Below are positions 52,293 through 61,214 of a stretch of 64,000 nt of DNA, piece by piece. Source of the DNA: Dolichospermum sp. OTE_75_concoct_329_sub (GTDB lineage: Bacteria > Cyanobacteriota > Cyanobacteriia > Cyanobacteriales > Nostocaceae); assembly GCA_031376645.1 (NCBI GenBank), contig JANMEE010000036.1, forward strand, positions 8,239 to 72,238. Reading direction: 5' to 3'. The position numbers were made by a program, and so were the translations under genes. Position 1 is the stretch's first letter; each line of letters opens with the position of its first letter. A model generated the notes under the pieces. The model was not told where the DNA came from, searched no databases, and saw only the letters and a list, made by a program, of their open reading frames with translations.

Positions 52293-53324
52293 TTGAAAAT
52301 AATGAAAATTTTAGTAACTGGAACAGAAGGTTATCTTGGTTCTTTATTGCCTTCTTTATTAATGCAGAAGGGACATGAAGTTATTGGTGTTGACACCGGT
52401 TATTATAAAGTTGGTTGGCTATATAATGGAACTAACGTAACAGCTAAAACCCTCAATAAAGATATTCGTGATATCAATCCTGAAGATTTAGCAGGTGTAG
52501 ATGCTATTGTTCACATGGCGGAATTATCCAACGATCCTACTGGACAATTATCTCCCACTATTACTTATGATATTAATCATTTAGGTTCAGTTCGTCTAGC
52601 TAATCTGGCAAAAACTGTAGGTGTTCGGCGCTTTGTTTATATGTCCTCCTGTAGTGTTTATGGTGTGGCTAGTGAAGGTGATATTACAGAAGAATCACCA
52701 GTTAATCCCCAAACAGCTTACGCCGAATGTAAAACATTAGTAGAAAGAGATGTTCAACCATTAGCTGATGATGATTTTTCGCCTACTTTCATGCGAAATG
52801 CAACTGCTTTTGGTGCTTCCCCCAGAATGAGATTTGATATTGTTTTAAATAACTTAGCGGGGTTAGCTTGGACTACCAAGGAAATTAAAATGACAAGTGA
52901 TGGTACTCCTTGGCGGCCATTAGTTCACGCTTTAGATATTTGCAAAGCTATTGTTTGTGCCTTAGAAGCACCAAGAGATATTATTCACAATCAAATCTTT
53001 AATGTTGGTGATACGGCGAATAACTATCGAGTGAAAGAAATAGCAGAAATCGTTGCCCATGTTTTCCCAGGTTGTCAATTATCTTTTGGTAATAATGGCG
53101 CAGATAATCGCAGCTATCGAGTATCTTTTGAAAAGATTAATACTATTCTTCCTGGATTTAAGTGTGATTGGAATGCTCAACTAGGGGCAGAACAATTATT
53201 AAATGTGTTCAAGCAAATTGATATGAACGAAGATACTTTCTTGTTTAGAGGATTCACTCGCTTGAAACAATTAGAATATCTGATTCGTACAGAACAAATT
53301 GATAAAGATTTTTTCTGGAAGTAA
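52293..53324 (+). CDS. NAD-dependent epimerase/dehydratase (nucleotide-sugar SDR)
   Basis: VTGTEGYLG, SSCSVYG, YAECK, RNATAFGASPRMRFD. Likely ATG at 52302. Confidence 0.88.
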   Translation: MKIMKILVTGTEGYLGSLLPSLLMQKGHEVIGVDTGYYKVGWLYNGTNVTAKTLNKDIRDINPEDLAGVDAIVHMAELSNDPTGQLSPTITYDINHLGSVRLANLAKTVGVRRFVYMSSCSVYGVASEGDITEESPVNPQTAYAECKTLVERDVQPLADDDFSPTFMRNATAFGASPRMRFDIVLNNLAGLAWTTKEIKMTSDGTPWRPLVHALDICKAIVCALEAPRDIIHNQIFNVGDTANNYRVKEIAEIVAHVFPGCQLSFGNNGADNRSYRVSFEKINTILPGFKCDWNAQLGAEQLLNVFKQIDMNEDTFLFRGFTRLKQLEYLIRTEQIDKDFFWK

Positions 53325-53610
53325 CAATAAATTAACAATAAGCTCAGGCAATTTGCAAAAATCAAATATAGGCATTGTCTGTGATTTTTGATTTTTTTGG
53401 TGGGCAATGCCCACCCTACATCTGATTTTTTGTGGGTATTGCCCACCCTACGTCTATATTAAAAATTAAGTAGGGTGGGCATTGCCCACCATCCATATCA
53501 AAGATCAAGTAATTACACTATATCTTTAATTTGGAAGTCTTGAAAATATCAAACAAAGTTCAGATTCTTACCAAGTGAAATGCTAATTATTTAGAATTGA
53601 GTACCATACC

Positions 53611-54567
53611 ATGATGAAGAAATTACTTACTATTGCTATTCCTACATACAATCGGGCTGCATTATTAGATAAACAACTGGCTTGGTTAGCAATAGCAATC
53701 AAAGGTTTTGAATCGGAATGTGAAATTATTATTTCTGATAATTGCTCCACAGATAATACACCAGGAGTGGTAAAAAAATGGCAATCTGCTTTTAGTAATA
53801 CTGTATTTATAGCGAATAGGAATCGTGAAAATATAGGGTTGATGCCAAATATTGGTTTTTGCCTTCAAACTGCTAGTAGTAAATATGTTTGGACTGTGGG
53901 TGATGATGATCCTATTCAGGAAAAAACCCTGGCTTATGTCGTCAATACAATTAAAAAAAATCCCAATTTAAACTTAATGTTTCTCAACTGTTGTGGACGC
54001 GATAATCACACAAATAAAATTTTGGTAAAACACTGGTTTGCTAGTGATAGTGATGAAATCATTACTAATAGTAAACCTGTATTTGAACAATATTTACAGA
54101 ACAGTTTTGGTGGGGTACTATTCATGACAGCTACCATTTATAAAACCGAACTCGTCCAGCAAGCTTTACAACAGTGGACTACTTCTTGTAAAAATTTGGC
54201 ATCCCAAGCATATTGGACTGGATTTTGTGCTGCTCAAGGCAATGTAATTGTCACTCAAGATAATTATTTGGAATGTACAATGCACGCTAGTTCCTTAGAA
54301 GAAAATCCCCGGTGGTCATTAATGATGCGATATGTTTACATACCAGAGATTTATCTTAAATTATTAAATTTAGGATATTCTACTAAATTTTGTCAACGGA
54401 TGATTCTAGAAAATATTTTCAAACTTAGTGATTGGAAAATATTGTTGGGTGCTTTTAGAAGATGGCCTATCTTAGCGACAAATATTATCATTTCCTATTT
54501 ACAATTAGTAGGAAAGTTTATCTATCAACTGAATTTTAATTATAAAAAATCAGAAATAGATATCTGA
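53611..54567 (+). CDS. Glycosyltransferase family 2
   Basis: LTIAIPTYNR, IISDNCSTD, VWTVGDDD. Confidence 0.9.
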   Translation: MMKKLLTIAIPTYNRAALLDKQLAWLAIAIKGFESECEIIISDNCSTDNTPGVVKKWQSAFSNTVFIANRNRENIGLMPNIGFCLQTASSKYVWTVGDDDPIQEKTLAYVVNTIKKNPNLNLMFLNCCGRDNHTNKILVKHWFASDSDEIITNSKPVFEQYLQNSFGGVLFMTATIYKTELVQQALQQWTTSCKNLASQAYWTGFCAAQGNVIVTQDNYLECTMHASSLEENPRWSLMMRYVYIPEIYLKLLNLGYSTKFCQRMILENIFKLSDWKILLGAFRRWPILATNIIISYLQLVGKFIYQLNFNYKKSEIDI

Positions 54568-54666
54568 TAGTACAGCGTGGGGTAAGTTATGTAATCAAAT
54601 AACATATAAAATCCACTTGTATTAACCATCTAAAGAATAACTACCAATATTGTTTGCATAAAAACC

Positions 54667-55674
54667 ATGAAAAAACTATTAACTATTGCTATTCCTACTT
54701 ACAATCGAGCCGAGTTACTAAATAAACAATTAACTTGGTTATCCCAAGCTATTAAAGGATTTGAATCGGAGTGTGAGATTTTAGTTTCTGATAACTGTTC
54801 TACTGATCATACTCAATCTATCATTAGTAAATGGCAAAGTATTCTCAACAATATCACATTTAAATCAAATAAAAATCCTGAGAACATAGGCGTAATGCGA
54901 AATATTATTTATTGCCTAAGTGCTGCCACTACAAAATATGTTTGGACAATTGGAGATGATGATCCAATTCAGGAAAAAGCAGTTGCTTATGTGATTAGTA
55001 AAATCAAAAAAATTGATGATTTATCATTATTATTTCTTAATTTTTCTGGTCGAAATAAAACTACGGGTGAAGCGGTACATCCACCAAAAATAGTTGGTAA
55101 TCGCTGGTTTGATGCAGATAGTGAAGATGGTGAAGGTAATGGTAAAGCAATATTTGAACATTGTTTTAGTAAAAGTGTAGGAGCAGTAATTTTTCTAACT
55201 GCTACAGTATATCGGACTGATTTAGTTAAACGCGCTCTGCAAATTTGGCCAACTGCTAGTAATAATTGGATATCTTTAGCATATTTAGCCGGGTATTGTG
55301 CTGCTAATGGCAAAGTAATTGTGACTAAAGATATCTATTTAGAATGTATTGTGGGTGTTAGTTATTGGCAAAAAGAGCCAAAATCAGCACTGTTAATGCA
55401 GTACCAACACATACCTGAAGTTATTTTAAAACTTGGGGAAGTGGGATATTCTAAAGCATATTGTTATCGGATGCTTTTACAAAACTACCATGAAGTAGAC
55501 TTAAAAGTCTTTTTAGGAGCAATGAGAAGATGGCCTATATCGGCTATAAAAACAGTAGTTCCTTTTTTAGCTTTAGTTGGTGTTGCAGCGTTTGAATTAA
55601 TACCGATGAGGGAATTTAAAGTAGCAGAATTACGAGAACTTCCTCCTCAAGAAATGAGACAACATGAGTCATAG
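54667..55674 (+). CDS. Glycosyltransferase family 2 (tandem paralog)
   Basis: Same motifs; N-terminus nearly identical to the previous gene. Confidence 0.9.
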   Translation: MKKLLTIAIPTYNRAELLNKQLTWLSQAIKGFESECEILVSDNCSTDHTQSIISKWQSILNNITFKSNKNPENIGVMRNIIYCLSAATTKYVWTIGDDDPIQEKAVAYVISKIKKIDDLSLLFLNFSGRNKTTGEAVHPPKIVGNRWFDADSEDGEGNGKAIFEHCFSKSVGAVIFLTATVYRTDLVKRALQIWPTASNNWISLAYLAGYCAANGKVIVTKDIYLECIVGVSYWQKEPKSALLMQYQHIPEVILKLGEVGYSKAYCYRMLLQNYHEVDLKVFLGAMRRWPISAIKTVVPFLALVGVAAFELIPMREFKVAELRELPPQEMRQHES

Positions 55675-55725
55675 ATTGGTCGTTAGGGTTGCATCACAAT
55701 ATCTAATTATTAAGGAAATTTTGCT

Positions 55726-56544
55726 GTGCTTAATCGAGTTAGGGAAAAATTTTCTGTCTTAAAAGATGAGTTGGCTTATAGAGCTAAACTTCGGCAACAT
55801 CATCATCATTTACCTATACTAGCAGGAGGCGATCTCTTAATTGCCGAATCTCTGAAAAGAGAAGGTATTTGTATAACGACACTCGCAGATTTAGGATTAC
55901 CTTCAACTTCAGAATTGCTGGATGCTACAAAGAGTTTTTTACCAAGTATGGGTAGGTCTAATTATGAATCTTCTGCTCAAAATCCTCCAGAAATTTTCAC
56001 AGTTACAGATTTACCTAACTTTTTTAACTGGGGAAATGAAAAAAGACTTCTAAATATTCTAGAAAATTATATTGGTCTTCCTGTTGCCTATCACGGTGTA
56101 CAAATTCGTAAGGACTTTATTAATCAAAGTCAATTCAGTACAATGCTATGGCATAGGGATTCAGAAGACCGCCGAATTGTGAAAATCATCATCTACTTAA
56201 ATGATGTGGATGAACAACAAGGACCTTTTGAATATGTGCCATCATCTTTTACTTCGGGACTGAATTTTTATCGTCTTTACTACAAAATTCACAATAAAGG
56301 AATTAATGATGAGACATTAAATAAAATTGTCCCCAAATCAGCTTGGAAATCTTGTACAGGTGCAGCAGGTACAGTAATTTTGTCCGATACAAACCGACTT
56401 TTGCATCATGGAACTGCCCGCACAGAAGAACGATCTACACTATTTTTTGTCTACACTGCTAACCCTCCAAAAAGACCAGGACTTTGTAATCAATATTGGG
56501 ATGATACTTATCCCAAACCGGAGTTATCCAAACAAGTTAATTAA
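55726..56544 (+). CDS. PhyH-like 2OG-Fe(II) dioxygenase
   Basis: WHRD (HxD), KIIIYLNDV..QGPFEY, GTVI...LLHHG (distal His), R-x-T. Confidence 0.7.
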   Translation: MLNRVREKFSVLKDELAYRAKLRQHHHHLPILAGGDLLIAESLKREGICITTLADLGLPSTSELLDATKSFLPSMGRSNYESSAQNPPEIFTVTDLPNFFNWGNEKRLLNILENYIGLPVAYHGVQIRKDFINQSQFSTMLWHRDSEDRRIVKIIIYLNDVDEQQGPFEYVPSSFTSGLNFYRLYYKIHNKGINDETLNKIVPKSAWKSCTGAAGTVILSDTNRLLHHGTARTEERSTLFFVYTANPPKRPGLCNQYWDDTYPKPELSKQVN

Positions 56545-56570
56545 ATTCAACTAGGAAGAAAATTCCTGTC

Positions 56571-57416
56571 ATGCTTAACAAAATTAAAGATAAAATATCC
56601 ACTTTGACTTCTGAGTTAAGTTATCGAGTATCACTTAGAAAACATCAAAAAATTTTACCTGTTCTTACTTCAGAAGATAAATTGATTGTTGATACTCTCA
56701 AAAAAACAGGTGTTTACGTTACATCTTTGCAGGAATTAGGTTTATCATCTACTGCCAAAATGTTAGCTACAGCTAATAGTTGTGCAAATACTATGATAAA
56801 TCCCCGAGATATCCATGCAGGATATAAGTTACCACAAATCTATACAGTTACAGATTTACCAGAATTTTTCAATTGGGGAATCGAAACCCGACTACAAAAC
56901 ATCATTGAAAATTATATAGGTTTACCTATCGCTTTTCATGGTGTTCATGTGCGAAAAGACTTTCCTAATGAAAAACAATTAGAAACCCTACTATGGCATA
57001 AAGATTCTGAAGACAGACGGATGATTAAAGTTATTATATATTTAAATGATGTCACTGAAAAACATGGACCATTTGAATATATATCACTACCAGCTAATGC
57101 TTTAGAAAAAGTTAAAAATTATCAAGTTGATTATCAACTATGGCGGACTAATTTTCTAGGAATTAATGACGAAAAAATGAGGAAAATAATTCCTAAATCC
57201 GCTTGGAAATCATGTCCTGGTCAAGCTGGAACTGTGATTTTTGCAGATGTAAGAAATATTTTACATCACGGTACTATCAGAACCGAAGAGCGTTCGACAC
57301 TATTTTTTACATACACAGCTAATGCTCCTAAACGCCCTGAACTTTGTAAACAATATCATGATGATACCTTTCCCAAAATAAGTCCTCAACATAGCTTATA
57401 CCACACTGTGCTATAG
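56571..57416 (+). CDS. PhyH-like 2OG-Fe(II) dioxygenase (tandem paralog)
   Basis: WHKD, KVIIYLNDV..HGPFEY, ILHHG. Confidence 0.7.
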   Translation: MLNKIKDKISTLTSELSYRVSLRKHQKILPVLTSEDKLIVDTLKKTGVYVTSLQELGLSSTAKMLATANSCANTMINPRDIHAGYKLPQIYTVTDLPEFFNWGIETRLQNIIENYIGLPIAFHGVHVRKDFPNEKQLETLLWHKDSEDRRMIKVIIYLNDVTEKHGPFEYISLPANALEKVKNYQVDYQLWRTNFLGINDEKMRKIIPKSAWKSCPGQAGTVIFADVRNILHHGTIRTEERSTLFFTYTANAPKRPELCKQYHDDTFPKISPQHSLYHTVL

Positions 57417-57481
57417 GATTAAAGGTATAAATCTCAAATTGACAACCCCTCTGATTTTGCATAAAAAGTTTTGGTAAATTT

Positions 57482-58027
57482 ATGATTTTCACCTCTACTA
57501 AACTCGCTGGTTCTTTCATTATTGACTTAGAAGAAAAGCCTGATTCTCGTGGTTTTTTTGCTCGAACTTTCTGTGCTGATGAATTTGTCGCTCATGGTTT
57601 AAAACCAACAGTTGCTCAATGTAACCTTTCTTTTAATCATAAAAAAGGCACATTGCGAGGAATGCACTATCAAACTCTCCCCGCAGCCGAAACAAAATTA
57701 ATTCGCTGCACTCAAGGAGCAATTTATGACGTAATTATTGATATGCGTCCTGAATCTCCAACTTATCTAGCGCATATTGGTGTAGAACTGAGTGCAGAAA
57801 ATCGCCGCGCTCTTTATGTACCAGAAATGTTTGCTCATGGTTATCAAGCTTTAACAGATGGTGCAGAAGTTGTATATCAAGTGGGTGAATTTTACACTCC
57901 TGGTTATGAGCGTGGTTTGCGTTATGATGATCCAATTTTAGGAATTTCTTGGCCATTGAGTGCAACAGAAATGTCTGATAAAGATCGCAATTGGCCTTTA
58001 CTAGAATCTATTTTAATAGGAGTTTAA
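57482..58027 (+). CDS. rfbC: dTDP-4-dehydrorhamnose 3,5-epimerase-like (cupin)
   Basis: DSRGFFARTF, GTLRGMHYQ, KLIRCTQGAIYDVIIDMR, LYVPEMFAHGYQAL. Confidence 0.92.
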   Translation: MIFTSTKLAGSFIIDLEEKPDSRGFFARTFCADEFVAHGLKPTVAQCNLSFNHKKGTLRGMHYQTLPAAETKLIRCTQGAIYDVIIDMRPESPTYLAHIGVELSAENRRALYVPEMFAHGYQALTDGAEVVYQVGEFYTPGYERGLRYDDPILGISWPLSATEMSDKDRNWPLLESILIGV

Positions 58028-59370
58028 TCATGATTATTGTTGATAAAGCTTTACAAGCCAGAGCCGCATTAGGTAAACCAGTGAAAGTAGCCATGATTGG
58101 CGCTGGTTTTATGGGTCGAGGCATTGCCAATCAAATTATCAATTCTGTGCCAGGAATGGAGTTGGTGGCTATTGCTAATCGTCACATTGATTCAGCTAAA
58201 CGAGCTTATTTAGAAGCAGGCGTTGAAGATGAAGATATCAAAATAGTTGATAATTTATCTGCTTTAGAAGATGCGATAGCGAAGCGCTCCGCAGGAATCG
58301 CTGAAAATGAATATGCAATCACTGAAGATGCCATGCTACTGTGCGAAGCAGATGGTATAGATGCAATCATTGAAGTCACAGGGACAATTGAATACGCTGC
58401 TCATTTAGTGATGTGTGCGATCGCTCACTACAAGCATATCATTTTAATGAATGCCGAACTCGACGGCACAATTGGACCCATCCTCAAAGTCCATGCAGAC
58501 CGCGCTGGCGTGATTCTCAGTGCCTGTGATGGCGACCAACCAGGGGTAGAAATGAACCTCTACCGCTTTGTTAAAAGCATCGGTTTAAAACCCCTCCTAT
58601 GCGGCAACATCAAGGGACTACAAGACCCCTACCGTAACCCCACCACCCAAGCCGGATTTGCCCAACGTTGGGGTCAAAATCCCGCCATGGTAACAAGCTT
58701 TGCCGATGGTACTAAAATTTCCTTTGAGCAAGCTATAGTAGCTAATGGCACAAATATGAAAGTAGCCAAACGGGGGATGTTGGGATATGACTACACAGGT
58801 CATGTAGATGAAATGACTAAAATGTATGATATTGACCAACTACAAGAATTAGGCGGTATCGTTGATTACGTCGTTGGGACTAAACCAGGTCCTGGAGTAT
58901 TCGTATTTGCTACCCACGAAGACCCCAAACAACGCCATTATCTCAACCTTTATAAACTAGGTGAAGGACCCCTCTACAGTTTTTACACCCCCTATCACCT
59001 TTGCCATTTTGAAGTTCCCCTGTCAGTAGCCCGTGCTGTCCTTTTCCATGATGCTGTGCTTGCACCCATAGCCGGTCCCGTTGTTGATGTCGTCACCACC
59101 GCCAAGATTGACCTCCAAGCCGGAGAAACCCTGGACGGTATTGGTTATTACATGACCTATGGACAATGTGAAAATTCTCCCATTGTGCAACAAGAAAACT
59201 TACTCCCAATGGGCATCGCCGAAGGATGCCGCTTGAAACGCGATATTCCTAAAGATCATGTCCTCACTTACGATGACGTAGAACTACCTGAAGGCAGACT
59301 TTGTGATCAATTACGGGCTGAACAAGCCGTTTATTTTGCTCCTGCGAAAACTTTAGCGATCGCCAAATAG
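57991..59370 (+). CDS. NAD(P)-dependent oxidoreductase with C-terminal SAF domain
   Basis: IGAGFMG, GDQPG, SFADGTK, C-terminal AKIDL.AGETLDG.G...LPMG...L..DI..D. Likely ATG at 58030. Confidence 0.85.
   Translation: MAFTRIYFNRSLIMIIVDKALQARAALGKPVKVAMIGAGFMGRGIANQIINSVPGMELVAIANRHIDSAKRAYLEAGVEDEDIKIVDNLSALEDAIAKRSAGIAENEYAITEDAMLLCEADGIDAIIEVTGTIEYAAHLVMCAIAHYKHIILMNAELDGTIGPILKVHADRAGVILSACDGDQPGVEMNLYRFVKSIGLKPLLCGNIKGLQDPYRNPTTQAGFAQRWGQNPAMVTSFADGTKISFEQAIVANGTNMKVAKRGMLGYDYTGHVDEMTKMYDIDQLQELGGIVDYVVGTKPGPGVFVFATHEDPKQRHYLNLYKLGEGPLYSFYTPYHLCHFEVPLSVARAVLFHDAVLAPIAGPVVDVVTTAKIDLQAGETLDGIGYYMTYGQCENSPIVQQENLLPMGIAEGCRLKRDIPKDHVLTYDDVELPEGRLCDQLRAEQAVYFAPAKTLAIAK
58273..58301 (+). mobile_element. 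21-nt small dispersed repeat (SDR5-like) inserted in a HIP1 site within a CDS
   Basis: GCGAT-AGCGAAGCGCTCCGCAGGAAT-CGC = GCGATCGC + 21 nt, in frame (KRSAGIA). Confidence 0.8.
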
Positions 59371-59523
59371 CCTGGCGAATATAATTCGCAGCTACACAGA
59401 CAAAACCCACCTTCGTGGGTTAAAAAGCTTGATTTTTTGTTAGTCCACGTATCCCTGAATAGGTGGACTTCGTTTGTGTAGTCGCGTATCCCTGGCGGGA
59501 GGCGAAGCCATATTATATTCGCC

Positions 59524-59700
59524 GATAGCGTAACGTGGCGTTAGCCATAAAGTATTAAATAAAACCAATAATCTCCAAAAACCTAACCCCCCTGCCCCCC
59601 TTCCCTTGTAGGGAAGGGGGGTTTCAAAGCCTCTCTCCGCTTCGGGGAGAGGTTTACAAGAGGGGTTAATTTATACCTTGAAACCTTTTAAAACATCCTC
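59524..59700. mobile_element. MITE family A copy (left end replaced by small repeats)
   Basis: Body matches the 5728 and 12597 copies; right end ...TTTTAAAACATCCTC|TAA. Confidence 0.8.
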
Positions 59701-60010
59701 TAACGCACCATTTCAGGTTAAGTCAGAATTGCAGGTTATTAAATTTGCTTTCCTTAGCATCAAAATAATATCACTATCAGAGGTTTCCTGATCTATTCAT
59801 TTAACCTCTGAATTTACATATATACAGTAGATAACAGAGATTATTTTGATAATATTGTGAGGTTTTTCATGGTTTCAACTCCTATTAAACAAGATAAATT
59901 AATTGATACAAAGCAAGTGATGCAATCTAGTAATGCAACCGTAAAAATTAAATGACTAGAGAATAAATATTAAAACCCATCGTCAATTACAAAAATATAG
60001 GGAATCCGGT

Positions 60011-61096
60011 ATGAAAATTGCTCTCGTCCATGATTACTTAACCCAACGCGGTGGAGCAGAGCGCGTATTTGAACTACTGTGTAAACGCTATCCAGAAGCT
60101 GATATTTTCACCTCATTATATGATGCACAGAAAAGTATTGATTTAGGTGAACGAATTATTAATACCACATTTTTGCAAAAAATTCCTGGTGCAACTAAAT
60201 ATTTTCGGATGTTAGCTCCTCTATATTTTCCTGCCTTTCGTTCCTTGGATCTCCAAGATTATGATCTAATTATTAGCAGTAGCACGAGTTTTGCTAAAGC
60301 AGTACGGAAAAAAAACACAGCCAAACATATTTGTTTTTGTCATAATGTTACCCGCTTTTTATGGGACACAGAAACATATTTACGGGAATACGGAGACTAT
60401 AGATACTTTGCTCCTCTCATCGAGAAAGTCTTTCAGATGATGAGAAATGTAGACCTGAAATATGCTCAAGAACCCGATTTTTATATTGCCAACTCTAGTA
60501 TTGTTGCCCAGAGAATTCAAAAAATTTACAAGAAACAAGCCATTGCTATTAACTATCCAATTGATACTAATAACTTTGTTTTTTCTGATACCAAAGAAGA
60601 ATATTACTTGGCATCGGCGCGGATGATAAGTTATAAACGTCTTGATATAATAGTCGAAGCCTTTAATTGGTTAGGCTGGAACTTATTAATATCAGGTGAT
60701 GGACCAGAACAAGAAAAGTTAAAAGCTCAGGCATTACCCAACATCCAATTTCTAGGTCATGTTAGTGATAGAGAACGTAAAAACTTATTTTCTAAAGCCA
60801 AATCAATTATTGTTGCAGCTTTAGAAGATTATGGATTAGTTCCAGTCGAGGCAAATGCTAGTGGTACACCAGTTATTGCTTATGGAGCAGGTGGAGTATT
60901 AGATACTCAAATACCAGGTAAAACTGGTGTGTTCTTCAAAAAACAAACACCATGCTCTTTACAAGCAGCGTTACTAGAAGCTGGAGGAATATCTTGGGAT
61001 TACGAAACTATCCGTAATCACGCTGTTAACAATTTCTCAGAACAGACATTCTTTAGTAAAGTTGAGCAATTTATTGGTAAAACCAGTGCAGCATAG
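60011..61096 (+). CDS. Glycosyltransferase family 4
   Basis: MKIALVHDYL..RGGAERV, SARMISYKR, EDYGLVPVEANASGTPVIA. Confidence 0.92.
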   Translation: MKIALVHDYLTQRGGAERVFELLCKRYPEADIFTSLYDAQKSIDLGERIINTTFLQKIPGATKYFRMLAPLYFPAFRSLDLQDYDLIISSSTSFAKAVRKKNTAKHICFCHNVTRFLWDTETYLREYGDYRYFAPLIEKVFQMMRNVDLKYAQEPDFYIANSSIVAQRIQKIYKKQAIAINYPIDTNNFVFSDTKEEYYLASARMISYKRLDIIVEAFNWLGWNLLISGDGPEQEKLKAQALPNIQFLGHVSDRERKNLFSKAKSIIVAALEDYGLVPVEANASGTPVIAYGAGGVLDTQIPGKTGVFFKKQTPCSLQAALLEAGGISWDYETIRNHAVNNFSEQTFFSKVEQFIGKTSAA

Positions 61097-61214
61097 TAAA
61101 AATAACTAATCATTAAAAATTTTCAGAAAGCTTGTGTAATTGGCTTTTTTAATTTTTAATTCTGCCCTGCGGTAATCAAGGTGTGCATCGCTAATTCATT
61201 TAATTTTTAGGTGT

